Shown one piece after another: positions 50,854 to 60,268 of a stretch of DNA of 64,000 nucleotides (positions are counted from its first letter, which is position 1; every line of letters begins with the position of its first letter). Position numbers and translations under genes: made by a program. Origin of the DNA: an uncultured delta proteobacterium (GTDB taxonomy: Bacteria; Bdellovibrionota; FAC87; UBA2466); contig CAVZSV010000004.1 of NCBI GenBank assembly GCA_963778115.1, positions 1,984,001 through 2,048,000 on the forward strand. The letters run 5' to 3'. The notes under the pieces are model-generated. The model was given only the letters and a program-made list of their open reading frames with translations, was not told the DNA's origin and made no database searches.

Positions 50854-52173
50854 CTATATACCTAACGGAAATTTTTCGAATAAAATCGAGGGGGATCCGA
50901 ATCCCCCAAAGAAATTTAGGTCGTTTCCGACGCTTATCACCTGACGCAACAGGTCAACAAGATCTACTTCCGCATAGAGATGTCCTAAAGGGCCATCTAG
51001 CTTACCTTGTGACACGGTCCATCCGCTGCCCTGCATCATTATTCTCGTCTCAGTTCCGGGGGTTGGTTCGACAGTCTCTACCGAGCTCCACAACACGCCT
51101 TCATCGACCATGGCGACAAGATCCCTCGCCGTAACATCGCCAGGCGCGAAAAACAGATTGGTGGGCTGGATAGACGGGCTGGGTCGCTGGGGAAAGCGCA
51201 TTAGGTTACCCGTGCTGAGCCTATTCTCACGAGTTGCGGTATAGGCGTCATACAAGAAGCCGACTAAGGTTCCTTTGTCGACGAGTGTCGTGCGCTGCGT
51301 AGGAGATCCCTCCAAGTCGAAGGGAGCTGACTGCACTCCCTTAAGATAAGTGCCATCATCTAATAGAGTGAGCGACTCGGAAAAGATGGCCTTCTCACGC
51401 AGAGCCGCGAGCGGGCTTCTTCCGTGCTGAACGGCGTCTGCCGAAAACCAGCCTGCCATCCGTTTCAGCACCTGGCTGACGACTGAAGGCGACCAAATGA
51501 CGGGAACGTTCTGCCGACCTTTTAAAATAGCGGGTTTCGTCTTTCGAAATCGAGCACTCTCATTCAACAGCTGGATCATCCAGTCTTCACGATCATCGAG
51601 GCTCCCCAATCCCGCACGATCCTCTTCACGGCGCCAGGGAACTCCGGTTTGTGAACCGAACAGAGAAAAATGAAGCGCTTGCACATCTTTGTGATGCGAG
51701 AGCTGAAAACGTTCGCTCTTGCGCGCGAGAACCGTTCGTATCGCCCACTGTTCATAAACCTCTTCCACCACTTCGGGAACTTCCGCGAGGCAGGGATAGA
51801 GGCTTTCAGAATCCCAACGTGAGGGTGCCTTGCGGTTGGGTCCAGTTGCCGACTCTTTGGGTTTTTTCCATAGAGGAAACCGAAACCAAGGATCGGGACT
51901 GGCATGCTTTGCGGACTCAAAGGCGTCGTCGACCAATTGGGATAGTGCTTCCGGCTCGTGTAAGAAAGTGGAGCTACGTCCCGGCCGTTTTCGATGTACG
52001 AGACGAAGTCCAATCCAGAACTGATCTTCAAAAGCGCGACCTGTTTCATCACCATTACGATATTTGACGCTTTGAGACCGGCAATGTTGAACGGAAAATT
52101 CGAAATCGTCGGCTATAATCAACTTCGGATTATGGCGAATCTGATCGATGATCTCTTCTGGTGAGGGTGGCAC
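50854..52173 (-). CDS. TldE/PmbA family protein
   Basis: PFDLEG, LYDAYTA...STGN, PTNLF, FGSPSIL; no HExxxH. Confidence 0.8.
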   Translation of the reverse strand: MPPSPEEIIDQIRHNPKLIIADDFEFSVQHCRSQSVKYRNGDETGRAFEDQFWIGLRLVHRKRPGRSSTFLHEPEALSQLVDDAFESAKHASPDPWFRFPLWKKPKESATGPNRKAPSRWDSESLYPCLAEVPEVVEEVYEQWAIRTVLARKSERFQLSHHKDVQALHFSLFGSQTGVPWRREEDRAGLGSLDDREDWMIQLLNESARFRKTKPAILKGRQNVPVIWSPSVVSQVLKRMAGWFSADAVQHGRSPLAALREKAIFSESLTLLDDGTYLKGVQSAPFDLEGSPTQRTTLVDKGTLVGFLYDAYTATRENRLSTGNLMRFPQRPSPSIQPTNLFFAPGDVTARDLVAMVDEGVLWSSVETVEPTPGTETRIMMQGSGWTVSQGKLDGPLGHLYAEVDLVDLLRQVISVGNDLNFFGGFGSPSILFEKFPLGI

Positions 52174-52236
52174 CGAGTAAGTTTACAGCAAGCGAGGATA
52201 CAATGCGAGGCTCAGCGAAAGGGGAAAATGAACCCT

Positions 52237-53073
52237 TTAGCCGTGCAGATGCAATTTTGATCGCAGCGTGTCGGACCAGCTAGTCGAAAAGGGTTTTAGC
52301 AAACGCAAATTCTGCGACGAGCGGAAAATTTTAATGAGGTCACGCGCTTTGACTTCTGCGGTCACTTGACCATCTAGCGTCAAATACGCAGCCCCCACGA
52401 ACTCTTTAGGGCGGATCTCCATTTTGGTTTCCGAGGGAACCACGGCCGGACGCACCGAAAGGGAATGGGGAGCTAGAGGGGCAAGTACAAGAGCTTCGAC
52501 CCCGGGGTGGAGTAAAGGGCCTCCCACCGAAAGAGAATAGGCCGTTGAACCCGTCGGGGTGGCGATGACACACCCATCCGCTTTGAGGGCGTAAAGCGTT
52601 TCGGATCCGATCATCACATCGAACTTAAGCATGGAGGTCCGAGCATCTTTGTTGAGGACGGCATCGTTAAAGACCACCCCTGAAAAGATACACTTTCCGC
52701 CTCTCCACAGTTCGACTTCAAAGAGGGGTCGCGTCTCCTCTCTGATTTTCTTCTTTAAGACCTCTTCCATCACGGCAATCATCTGATCGCGACGAATTTC
52801 GGTAATAAAGCCTAGCGTTCCCAAATTGACCCCAAGAAGGGGAAAGCGGTCCTTGGCTTCCAGTCGTCGAACGAGCGTCAAAAAAGTTCCGTCTCCACCA
52901 ATTACCACTCCTACGGAAACCTCTTTCACCATTGAGACCGGGATGCGCTCTTCAGTGTCGGTTAAATCTAAAGCCCTGGAACCGTGCTTCTTTAGCCAAG
53001 CGGAGAGCTCGGAAGCGGCGATTTTAGCAGCAGAATTTTTTCGTTTCGCAAAAATCAGCACGGCAGGTTTCAT
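52237..53073 (-). CDS. nadK: NAD kinase
   Basis: GGDGT, GVNLGTLGF, TPTGSTAYSLSVGG. Confidence 0.95.
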   Translation of the reverse strand: MKPAVLIFAKRKNSAAKIAASELSAWLKKHGSRALDLTDTEERIPVSMVKEVSVGVVIGGDGTFLTLVRRLEAKDRFPLLGVNLGTLGFITEIRRDQMIAVMEEVLKKKIREETRPLFEVELWRGGKCIFSGVVFNDAVLNKDARTSMLKFDVMIGSETLYALKADGCVIATPTGSTAYSLSVGGPLLHPGVEALVLAPLAPHSLSVRPAVVPSETKMEIRPKEFVGAAYLTLDGQVTAEVKARDLIKIFRSSQNLRLLKPFSTSWSDTLRSKLHLHG

Positions 53074-53159
53074 AAGAAGAAATTATCTCATAGTTTATGG
53101 TAGATTAAGAGCCTCGGTTCCGAATGAAAATTTCTGGGGTTCTATTTCTGGGGTTCTAA

Positions 53160-54434
53160 ATGAATCGTTTTCGCAATGTGTCCTTAACATTACTCCTGGT
53201 CTTGGCGATATCCTTACCTTCACAGCAAGCGGAGGCTAGAAAGCGTAAGAGAAAATATAGCGGCCCACCGCCCACTCATCCCGTTCTTTTATGGGCGCGG
53301 ACACTTTCCGAAAGCACCGATCGGGAACAGCGAAAGATTGCGGCCTTCAAATTAAGCCAATATTCGCAGCCTATTTTTCAAGACGAAGTGGTACGAACCC
53401 TTTCCAAGTGCGTTAAGGATTCTGACGTAGAGATCAAAGTACTTTGCACCAAAGCGATGGGTCATGCGGGAAGGGCCACGAACAGCGAAGCGATCCGCGA
53501 TCAGCTTCTTGAGGTTTATAAGTCGGATCCTTCGTTGCGTAACACCGTCGTTCGAGTCATGGTGGTTCGCGAAGACAATACGCCCCCGGTTCAAAATACT
53601 TTCCTAGACTCCTTAAAGAAAACGAAAGATCCCGAGGAGGCCATCGCATTACTCAAGTATTTTGAAACCTTTGGCGATGGCTCTTCTAAATTCGTCGATG
53701 CGGTCGTCGCGACCTATAACAATTTCGATAATCTCAAAGTGCAAACGGCCGCGATCTCGGCTCTTACCGCGAAGGCCGCCGGCCAAGACGCCGTAATTGC
53801 TCTTTTTGCGCAGTGTACGGAGAGCCACAATACGCCCTTGGTTCTTAATTGTCTGGCGGGTCTGCAACAGCAGGCGAAAAAGGATGCGCGCGCATGGACC
53901 GCGGTGGAAAAAACGATCCAAAGCGATGATCCCGATGTCTTAGTCGCCACTTTAGACGTCGTCAACGCACTTCCCGAAACTCAGAACACCAAAGTCTCCG
54001 AAAGACTCTTGCAGCTTATCGAAAATGTAGACGACGAGGATGTGCTCGAAAAATCGGTGCTCGCCCTTGGCGTCTGTGGTGACCACAGTCAATCTATCGT
54101 AGATAGGCTTCAAGCACTTCTGGAAGAAAAATCCGGCGATGAAGGTTCCCGAGTAGCAGCGGCGTTAGTGTTAGGAAAGCAGGCCGATAAATTTCCCGAT
54201 AAACCAAAAGAGTCCTTAGGCAAATGTGCGAAGGAAGAAAAGGCACAGTCTCTGCGTACGGCCTGTCAGCTTGGTCTTAAGGAAATTGAAACCCGAAGAT
54301 CCATGAATGCCAAAGCGGATGCAGCCGCTCAGGCGGCGGCGAACCGGATGCCCACAGATGCAGTGAATATGGATGTAAAGGGTGCAAAAGCAGATGAGAG
54401 AAAGAGTGGAGATGACGACGAGTCGAAGGAGTAG
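53160..54434 (+). CDS. Exported HEAT-repeat protein
   Basis: Signal peptide (AEA-R), repeated helical units such as RKIAAFKL and RVAAALVLG. Confidence 0.7.
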   Translation: MNRFRNVSLTLLLVLAISLPSQQAEARKRKRKYSGPPPTHPVLLWARTLSESTDREQRKIAAFKLSQYSQPIFQDEVVRTLSKCVKDSDVEIKVLCTKAMGHAGRATNSEAIRDQLLEVYKSDPSLRNTVVRVMVVREDNTPPVQNTFLDSLKKTKDPEEAIALLKYFETFGDGSSKFVDAVVATYNNFDNLKVQTAAISALTAKAAGQDAVIALFAQCTESHNTPLVLNCLAGLQQQAKKDARAWTAVEKTIQSDDPDVLVATLDVVNALPETQNTKVSERLLQLIENVDDEDVLEKSVLALGVCGDHSQSIVDRLQALLEEKSGDEGSRVAAALVLGKQADKFPDKPKESLGKCAKEEKAQSLRTACQLGLKEIETRRSMNAKADAAAQAAANRMPTDAVNMDVKGAKADERKSGDDDESKE

Positions 54435-54498
54435 CCGTTGTTGCATTCCTAGGACTTTGCTAAATCCATTCAGACCCCAATCTTGGTGGTCTCAGATC

Positions 54499-55755
54499 TT
54501 AAAGGTACTTCCCCAGGACCTCCGGAATATCAAACGTGCCATCGGGCTTCTGGTAGTTTTCCATAATGGCAAGTAACGTTCGTCCGACCGCCAAAGAAGA
54601 TCCGTTCAAGGTATGGACGAATTGGACCTTTCCGGCCGCGGTCTCGCGATATTTGATATTCGCACGCCTGGCTTGAAAATCACCGAAATTGCTACAGCTT
54701 GAAATTTCCATATAGCCCTTAATAGCCGGGGACCAGACTTCAATGTCATAAGTCTTTTGAGAACTAAAAGAGGTATCCCCAGCGCACAGTAGCATCACAC
54801 GATAAGGCAACTTCAATAACTGCAAAATCCTTTCCGCATTCTGCAGCAAAGCCTCGTGCTCGGCGGCAGATTGTCCGGGTGTTGTAAATTTCACGAGTTC
54901 GACTTTGTTAAATTGATGCTGCCGCTTCATCCCCTTCGTATCTTTGCCATAGCTTCCCGCCTCGGATCGAAAGCAGGGAGTATAGGCCGTATACTTCCGG
55001 GGGAGGCTTTTCTCATCGAGAATTTCGTGCCGATGGTAGTTCGTAACCGGAACTTCGGCGGTGGGGATAAGAAAGAAATCAAACTTTTCGATCCGAAACA
55101 CGTCCTCTTCGAACTTAGGGAGCTGTCCGGTACCAATCAAAGCATCTCGATTTACTAAGAAAGGCGGCTGGATCTCCTCATAACCGGCTTCAAGGTTAGT
55201 ATTGAGCATGAACTGAATCAGAGCGCGTTCAAGACGAGCCGCTAGTCCCTTTAAAAAAACGAATCGAGCACCGGTGACCTCCCCCGCTTTCTTAAAATCC
55301 AGAATTCCCAGCTTTTCACCTATCTCATCGTGAGTTTTCGCGGGAAAATCAAGTTGACGGGGGCTTCCCCATGTTCGTACCACCACATTATTCTCGGAGT
55401 TAGCCCCTTCGGGAACCGCGGGATCTAACAGGTTCGGAAATTCGAACATGAGTTGGTTCAATTGGGCCTCGACGGCAGTCACTTTCTCATCGAGCCCTTT
55501 GACTTCAGTAGCTACTTTTTTCATCTCTTCAAGAAGGACAGTACTGTCTTGCTTGGCTTTCTTGAGTTTAGCGATCTCCTCGGAGGCCTGGTTTCTTTTG
55601 TGTTTTAGGGATTCCACGGCCTGCAAAATCGTTCGCCGCTCTTTATCCAATTCAACGACCTTAGATAATAAGGGTAACAATTTATCTGCATTTCGTCTTT
55701 TGAGGGAAGCTTCAACGAGAGGCAGGTTAGATACTAGAAAACGCAGATCAAGCAT
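54499..55755 (-). CDS. serS: Serine--tRNA ligase
   Basis: PTAEVP, FRSEAG, RQHQF, EISSCSN, HTLNGS. Confidence 0.97.
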   Translation of the reverse strand: MLDLRFLVSNLPLVEASLKRRNADKLLPLLSKVVELDKERRTILQAVESLKHKRNQASEEIAKLKKAKQDSTVLLEEMKKVATEVKGLDEKVTAVEAQLNQLMFEFPNLLDPAVPEGANSENNVVVRTWGSPRQLDFPAKTHDEIGEKLGILDFKKAGEVTGARFVFLKGLAARLERALIQFMLNTNLEAGYEEIQPPFLVNRDALIGTGQLPKFEEDVFRIEKFDFFLIPTAEVPVTNYHRHEILDEKSLPRKYTAYTPCFRSEAGSYGKDTKGMKRQHQFNKVELVKFTTPGQSAAEHEALLQNAERILQLLKLPYRVMLLCAGDTSFSSQKTYDIEVWSPAIKGYMEISSCSNFGDFQARRANIKYRETAAGKVQFVHTLNGSSLAVGRTLLAIMENYQKPDGTFDIPEVLGKYL

Positions 55756-55778
55756 TGCAATCCTTTTCCGTCGCTATT

Positions 55779-55884
55779 AGTCGTCACCACACGACTCCCT
55801 GGTCAGTCGTCACCACACGACTCCCTGGTCAGTCGTCACCACACGACTCCTGTTCAGTCGTCGCCACACGACTCCTAGTCGTCG
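55779..55884. repeat. Tandem array of four ~26-bp hairpin units plus a partial fifth
   Basis: AGTCGTCACCACACGACTCCCTGGTC at 55779 and 55805, variants at 55831 and 55856, partial at 55877. Confidence 0.92.
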
Positions 55885-58800
55885 ATTACCGAATTCTTTA
55901 TCAGCGAACGAATGAGATTGCCGTCGGTGGCTGCGGGATTTCGATTCAGATAAAACTCAAATGCTTTTACCGCCTCATTGGGACGCTGTTCCCCATAGTA
56001 CACATAACCCAGCTCGCGATGCAACTCAGGGTCATTAGCGTCAATATCAAGAGCCAGTTGAATAGTGCCTTCCGCACTTTCAAACTGGTTTAGTGCGCGA
56101 TAGGCCCGCGATAATAATAGGTAAGCCCGTACTTTTTCATAGGCAGCTTCAGGTTTGGCGAGAGTAGGAAGATTGGCCACTTCGGTCAACTCCGCAATCG
56201 ACTCCTCAAATTTTCCAAAGGCCATTAAAAGCTCGGCGTACTCCAAACGAAAAGCAACATTAAGGGGGTTATTGGCGACCTCCTTTTTCATCTCGTCAAC
56301 CGCGGGTTCGGGCATATTCCTGGCTTGGTAAACTTGAGAAAGCGCTCTATGCGCTCCAGGATAATTGGGAGTCACTGAGACCAGATCTTTCAGTCCCCTT
56401 TCAGCATCCTTATAATTTCTTTGCTGAATGAGAAGATCACAAGCACGAAAGAAACCTTCGCTATTTCTTCGATCGAAAAGAAAGGAAGCTTGATACTCGT
56501 CGATGGCAGTCGCGAAGTCGCCCACGGCCTCAAGACTTTTTGCGAGTGCCATGCGCACTTTACTCAATCGATTATCGATGTCCAAGGCTTGATGATAAAA
56601 GCCGATGGCTCTGCGAAACTCTTTATTCGCGGCATAAATCTCGCCCAGTACCCAATACCAATTAGGATTTTTTGGATCCTGTTCGATGAGGTTGCGGATA
56701 AATTTAATCGCGAAATTCTTTTCATAGCGGACCACCTTGAGTTTGGACCACTCGACCAAAGCATCGTAATTGAGTGGATTAAGCAGGTAGGCGCGATAGA
56801 AGAAATTAAGAGCGTCTCTTTGCCCTTCTTTCCGACCCAAAAGCGCCAAGAGGCCCGCGTAATACAATATTTCGCTGTCATAGGGGTTCATCTTAAACGC
56901 TTTACTAAACTGATCGATCGCAGCCGTATAATCTTTCACGCGATAAAAATGTTTCCCCAGAGCCACGTAGGGTTCCGCTTCATCAGGAGCCAAAGCCTCT
57001 GCCTGCTTAAGCAATTGATAGGCTCTGTCTAGATTGTATTGTTCCGATTCCAGAAGACCGAGCTTGATATAAGCGGGCGCCGCGGTGGGATCTTTTTCAA
57101 TGGCCCTTTGGTAATAACTCACAACGGTTTGGAAATCTTCGTACGAAGAAACCAATTTTTCCGTCACTTCGCCCAGTCGAACCAAAGGCATCGCATCGTT
57201 AGGTCGCAACAGAACTTCTGCCCTTAAAAAGACTAAAGCTTCTCCATATTTTTTTTCCGTCACCAGACTCTCGGCCTGCTCGCTAAAATAAGACCAGCCA
57301 TATTCATGGGTTTCGGCCAGCTCTTTTAGGTGTTTCTCCGAAAGGTCGAGTCCTTTAAGCTTTTCTTCATACACCCCCTTGTTTTCAGGGGCGAAGTAGT
57401 AAGCAAGCGCAAAACTTTTTTGTGATTCCTCTTTTTCGTTTGAGACCTCTTGCAATAACCCTAGCCGATAATAAGCACTCGCCATTACATTTTTCGATCC
57501 GAATTGAGCGAGTGCCACACAGGTCTTGTAAAGTTGTTTAGCTTCCTTGAGTCGGTTTTGCTCAGAAGCAATTTGCGCTAAGTCGTAGTAGGAGTCGGCA
57601 TGAAGCGGGTTTAAGCGAAGCGTTTCCAACGCTTCGCGGGTGGTGCGCTTTTCGTCCTTTTCTTCTTTCTGATTTGCGGAGAGCCTTTCCAAAAACCAAT
57701 GCGCTCGAATGCTACGAGAATTGCTCTTAATCACATCGTTAAAAGATGCCCGAGCCGTCTCTGGATCCCCCATTTCGAACGCGATTTCGCCTTTTACCAG
57801 TGAATTTTCCGTATTCGAGGGATCCGCGTCACCCGCTAGGCCTATGCTTTTTCTGGCACCGTCGAAATCTTTGTGAAACAGTGCAATGAGCGCTTCGGCT
57901 CGATAAAACTGACTCGCCTGGGGGTCGCTACTTCTTCCACGAGTGATTGCATCTCGGGCCTGTTCTTCCATCATTTTAGGATCTGAGGTGAACCATAAAC
58001 ATCTTGCCGAAGACTCCGCCACCCGACTCAATACGGGAGCACTTGTCGGATTTAACAAGGAAGCTTCCACGAACAGGCTTCTAGCCCCTTCATAAAAGAG
58101 AGGGACATCAGCTTCATAGAGCCTGTCGCCTTCGTCTACCAAACGATAGATTTTTTGTTCCTTCGTGCTGGAAGCATCAATCAGTTCATGGATGGATGCC
58201 GGCACTGCGGCAGTTTGGTTTTTCGCATCCTGGGGGGGAGATTTAGACGGAGTGCCTGTTAAGAAGAGTAGGATCAGAACAATGGCTCCTCCCCCATAGA
58301 TTAGAATTCGGTTTCGTTTTTCCCTTCTCTTCTTTTCGGTGATTTCAGGAGGCTCTTCGGAAGAAGGAATCTTGATCTCTAAAGGATTAGAGGGAGGTTC
58401 CGCTTCCGAGTCCATCTCCACTTTTATGGGGACCAATTTCGTTCCTGGCCGTTCTTTTCCAGTAAGATCCGCATCGGATTTAGGGATATTCGACTGAGAA
58501 AAGAGTTCATCGATGGCCGATTGGTGGATAGTGGCTCCTGCCTTCTCTTCCCCAAACTGCTTGGTCTTTATATTACGTTTGGAATCCTCGTTCTCTTCGG
58601 CATTACCCTCAGGACTTACCTCTCCTGCTTTAACAGGCTCTCCCACTCGCCGGGTCGCTTTCTCCTTGTGGGTGTCCTCGTCGCTAAAATCGGAGTGCTC
58701 GTTTTCAGTTTCAGCTTTCTCCGAAGCGGCGGGAGAGTATTCGCCTTTGTACAACTTCTTTAACAGTGCGTCATAAAAGATGGGTTCGGTAGAGATCTTA

Positions 58801-58961
58801 GTCCATTTCTCATAGGGAGGGAGAGAGAACTCGTCTTCACCCGATAGCTTACCTTTACTGATGCGACGTAAGATCTCCTTCTCGGATAGATCCGTCTCCT
58901 GTTCATGGAGACGGTTTCGTACCCGATAGGGTTTTGCCTCAGAAGATCTCTTTTTCACCAC
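55875..58961 (-). CDS. Large TPR protein with N-terminal GYF_2-like domain and one TM
   Basis: Many TPR repeats; TM ILIYGGGAIVLILLFL; N-terminal I..GKLSGED...W..I...P.F pattern. Confidence 0.85.
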   Translation of the reverse strand: MVKKRSSEAKPYRVRNRLHEQETDLSEKEILRRISKGKLSGEDEFSLPPYEKWTKISTEPIFYDALLKKLYKGEYSPAASEKAETENEHSDFSDEDTHKEKATRRVGEPVKAGEVSPEGNAEENEDSKRNIKTKQFGEEKAGATIHQSAIDELFSQSNIPKSDADLTGKERPGTKLVPIKVEMDSEAEPPSNPLEIKIPSSEEPPEITEKKRREKRNRILIYGGGAIVLILLFLTGTPSKSPPQDAKNQTAAVPASIHELIDASSTKEQKIYRLVDEGDRLYEADVPLFYEGARSLFVEASLLNPTSAPVLSRVAESSARCLWFTSDPKMMEEQARDAITRGRSSDPQASQFYRAEALIALFHKDFDGARKSIGLAGDADPSNTENSLVKGEIAFEMGDPETARASFNDVIKSNSRSIRAHWFLERLSANQKEEKDEKRTTREALETLRLNPLHADSYYDLAQIASEQNRLKEAKQLYKTCVALAQFGSKNVMASAYYRLGLLQEVSNEKEESQKSFALAYYFAPENKGVYEEKLKGLDLSEKHLKELAETHEYGWSYFSEQAESLVTEKKYGEALVFLRAEVLLRPNDAMPLVRLGEVTEKLVSSYEDFQTVVSYYQRAIEKDPTAAPAYIKLGLLESEQYNLDRAYQLLKQAEALAPDEAEPYVALGKHFYRVKDYTAAIDQFSKAFKMNPYDSEILYYAGLLALLGRKEGQRDALNFFYRAYLLNPLNYDALVEWSKLKVVRYEKNFAIKFIRNLIEQDPKNPNWYWVLGEIYAANKEFRRAIGFYHQALDIDNRLSKVRMALAKSLEAVGDFATAIDEYQASFLFDRRNSEGFFRACDLLIQQRNYKDAERGLKDLVSVTPNYPGAHRALSQVYQARNMPEPAVDEMKKEVANNPLNVAFRLEYAELLMAFGKFEESIAELTEVANLPTLAKPEAAYEKVRAYLLLSRAYRALNQFESAEGTIQLALDIDANDPELHRELGYVYYGEQRPNEAVKAFEFYLNRNPAATDGNLIRSLIKNSVIDD

Positions 58962-59027
58962 CTTACCATTTTATCCGAGAAACCGTTTGCTCTCTCACAA
59001 AAAGGAATTTAACAGTTCGCTTGGCAA

Positions 59028-59148
59028 GCGACGTTCAGAAGCGGCCTATAGCAAGGAATCGGCGAGCACGGGAGCGGAGTTTACACGGTAGTAAATGAGC
59101 CCCCGCGCTCAGACAATGACGCCGCTAGAGGCAGCTTATGGACGTCGC
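59028..59148. repeat. Dispersed palindromic element, copy 2 (inverted)
   Basis: Arms GCGACGTTCAGAAGCGGCCTATAGC / GCTAGAGGCAGCTTATGGACGTCGC; core GGAGCGGAGTTTACACGGTAGTAAATGAGC. Confidence 0.8.
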
Positions 59149-59219
59149 CGCGTTAATAGCGAATAATTACAAAGGAATTTGGATGTTTCTGTCCGTCGCC
59201 CGAGGGATAATCTCAATAG

Positions 59220-59741
59220 ATGCAAATGCAATTTAGCAATGCCACAGCAGGCTGGATGTGGGGATCGGTCACCTTCCTGGGGAGTTTAATAACGCATATT
59301 GTTGTTTGGCGCTGGCTTCATCCAAGACGCGATGTGCTATGGCTAGCAGGAATTTTTCTTGTCTTGCCGCTGGCGGCGACCGCGTTTTGGTTTCCCTGGT
59401 TGAATGCTTCGGCCTCGTTTCCTCTATGTGCCGCGGTGACTCATTTCATCCTTGCGGCCAATTACATCGCTTTTTATCCAGCTGTCCAAGCCTCCTCCCC
59501 CAGCTTGCGAATTTTAGTGCTTCTAAGACAGAGTCCTACACCCCTAGGGTCGGTGGAGATCACAAAAGCATTCTCTACTGAGAACCTTTTCTCCGACAGG
59601 ATCGCTGACCTTCAGACGGCAGGACTGATTAAGAAGGGAACGAGCGGATCTCAGGACGAACTTTCTTGGACAGGGAAAGCACTCGCTGCCACGTTTGTGG
59701 CCTATCGAAACTTCATCGGATTATCGCGAGGAAAGGGCTAA
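59220..59741 (+). CDS. Hypothetical membrane protein
   Basis: Three TM segments then a small soluble domain. Confidence 0.65.
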   Translation: MQMQFSNATAGWMWGSVTFLGSLITHIVVWRWLHPRRDVLWLAGIFLVLPLAATAFWFPWLNASASFPLCAAVTHFILAANYIAFYPAVQASSPSLRILVLLRQSPTPLGSVEITKAFSTENLFSDRIADLQTAGLIKKGTSGSQDELSWTGKALAATFVAYRNFIGLSRGKG

Positions 59742-60268
59742 TGACGTTAGCAGCTTGGATAGTACTGGTATCAGCACCATTAGCGATGCTTATCATTCAC
59801 GCGATGCTAAATCGAATAGCGTTCAAAAAGTTATCCACACAAAAGATCGCCATATTTAGTAGCCTCGCCGGCGCGGTTATTGCTTCGTGCGCAAGCCATC
59901 TCTTGGCTCCCCATGCTTCACTTATTTTTCTATTCACGATCAGCGTTGGAGTTGCGCATGTCTATTTTCACTTTTTTAACATGAGCGAAACGGCGAGACG
60001 AATTCGTATTTTAGTTGATCTCTACGGTGAGAAGTCACAGCAAGCGGAGGAAAAATATTCGACTGAAGCCATGATATCGGTTCGAATCGATCGCCTTGAG
60101 AAATGGGGTGCTCTCGGTAGAGAGGCCGTAGGCTACCGCGCGCTTCCTACCCTTATTCTAGCAATCTCGATAGCTCTGAATTATTATGAGAAGTTATTGT
60201 TTCCAAAACGAAGAGAGGGTTCTACTACGGCTGTTCCGGTTCGGGTTTCGCGCCAGAAACTTTCGTGA
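59741..60268 (+). CDS. Hypothetical membrane protein, paralog-like of the preceding gene
   Basis: TAATG coupling; similar TM + RIL...RIxxLxxxG layout. Confidence 0.6.
   Translation: MTLAAWIVLVSAPLAMLIIHAMLNRIAFKKLSTQKIAIFSSLAGAVIASCASHLLAPHASLIFLFTISVGVAHVYFHFFNMSETARRIRILVDLYGEKSQQAEEKYSTEAMISVRIDRLEKWGALGREAVGYRALPTLILAISIALNYYEKLLFPKRREGSTTAVPVRVSRQKLS

Noticed and set aside
55779..55884. CRISPR array
   Set aside because: Linkers are only 3-8 nt and nearly identical, so there are no unique spacers; no cas genes in the window
59831..59839. Perfect DnaA box TTATCCACA
   Set aside because: Single copy inside a coding region
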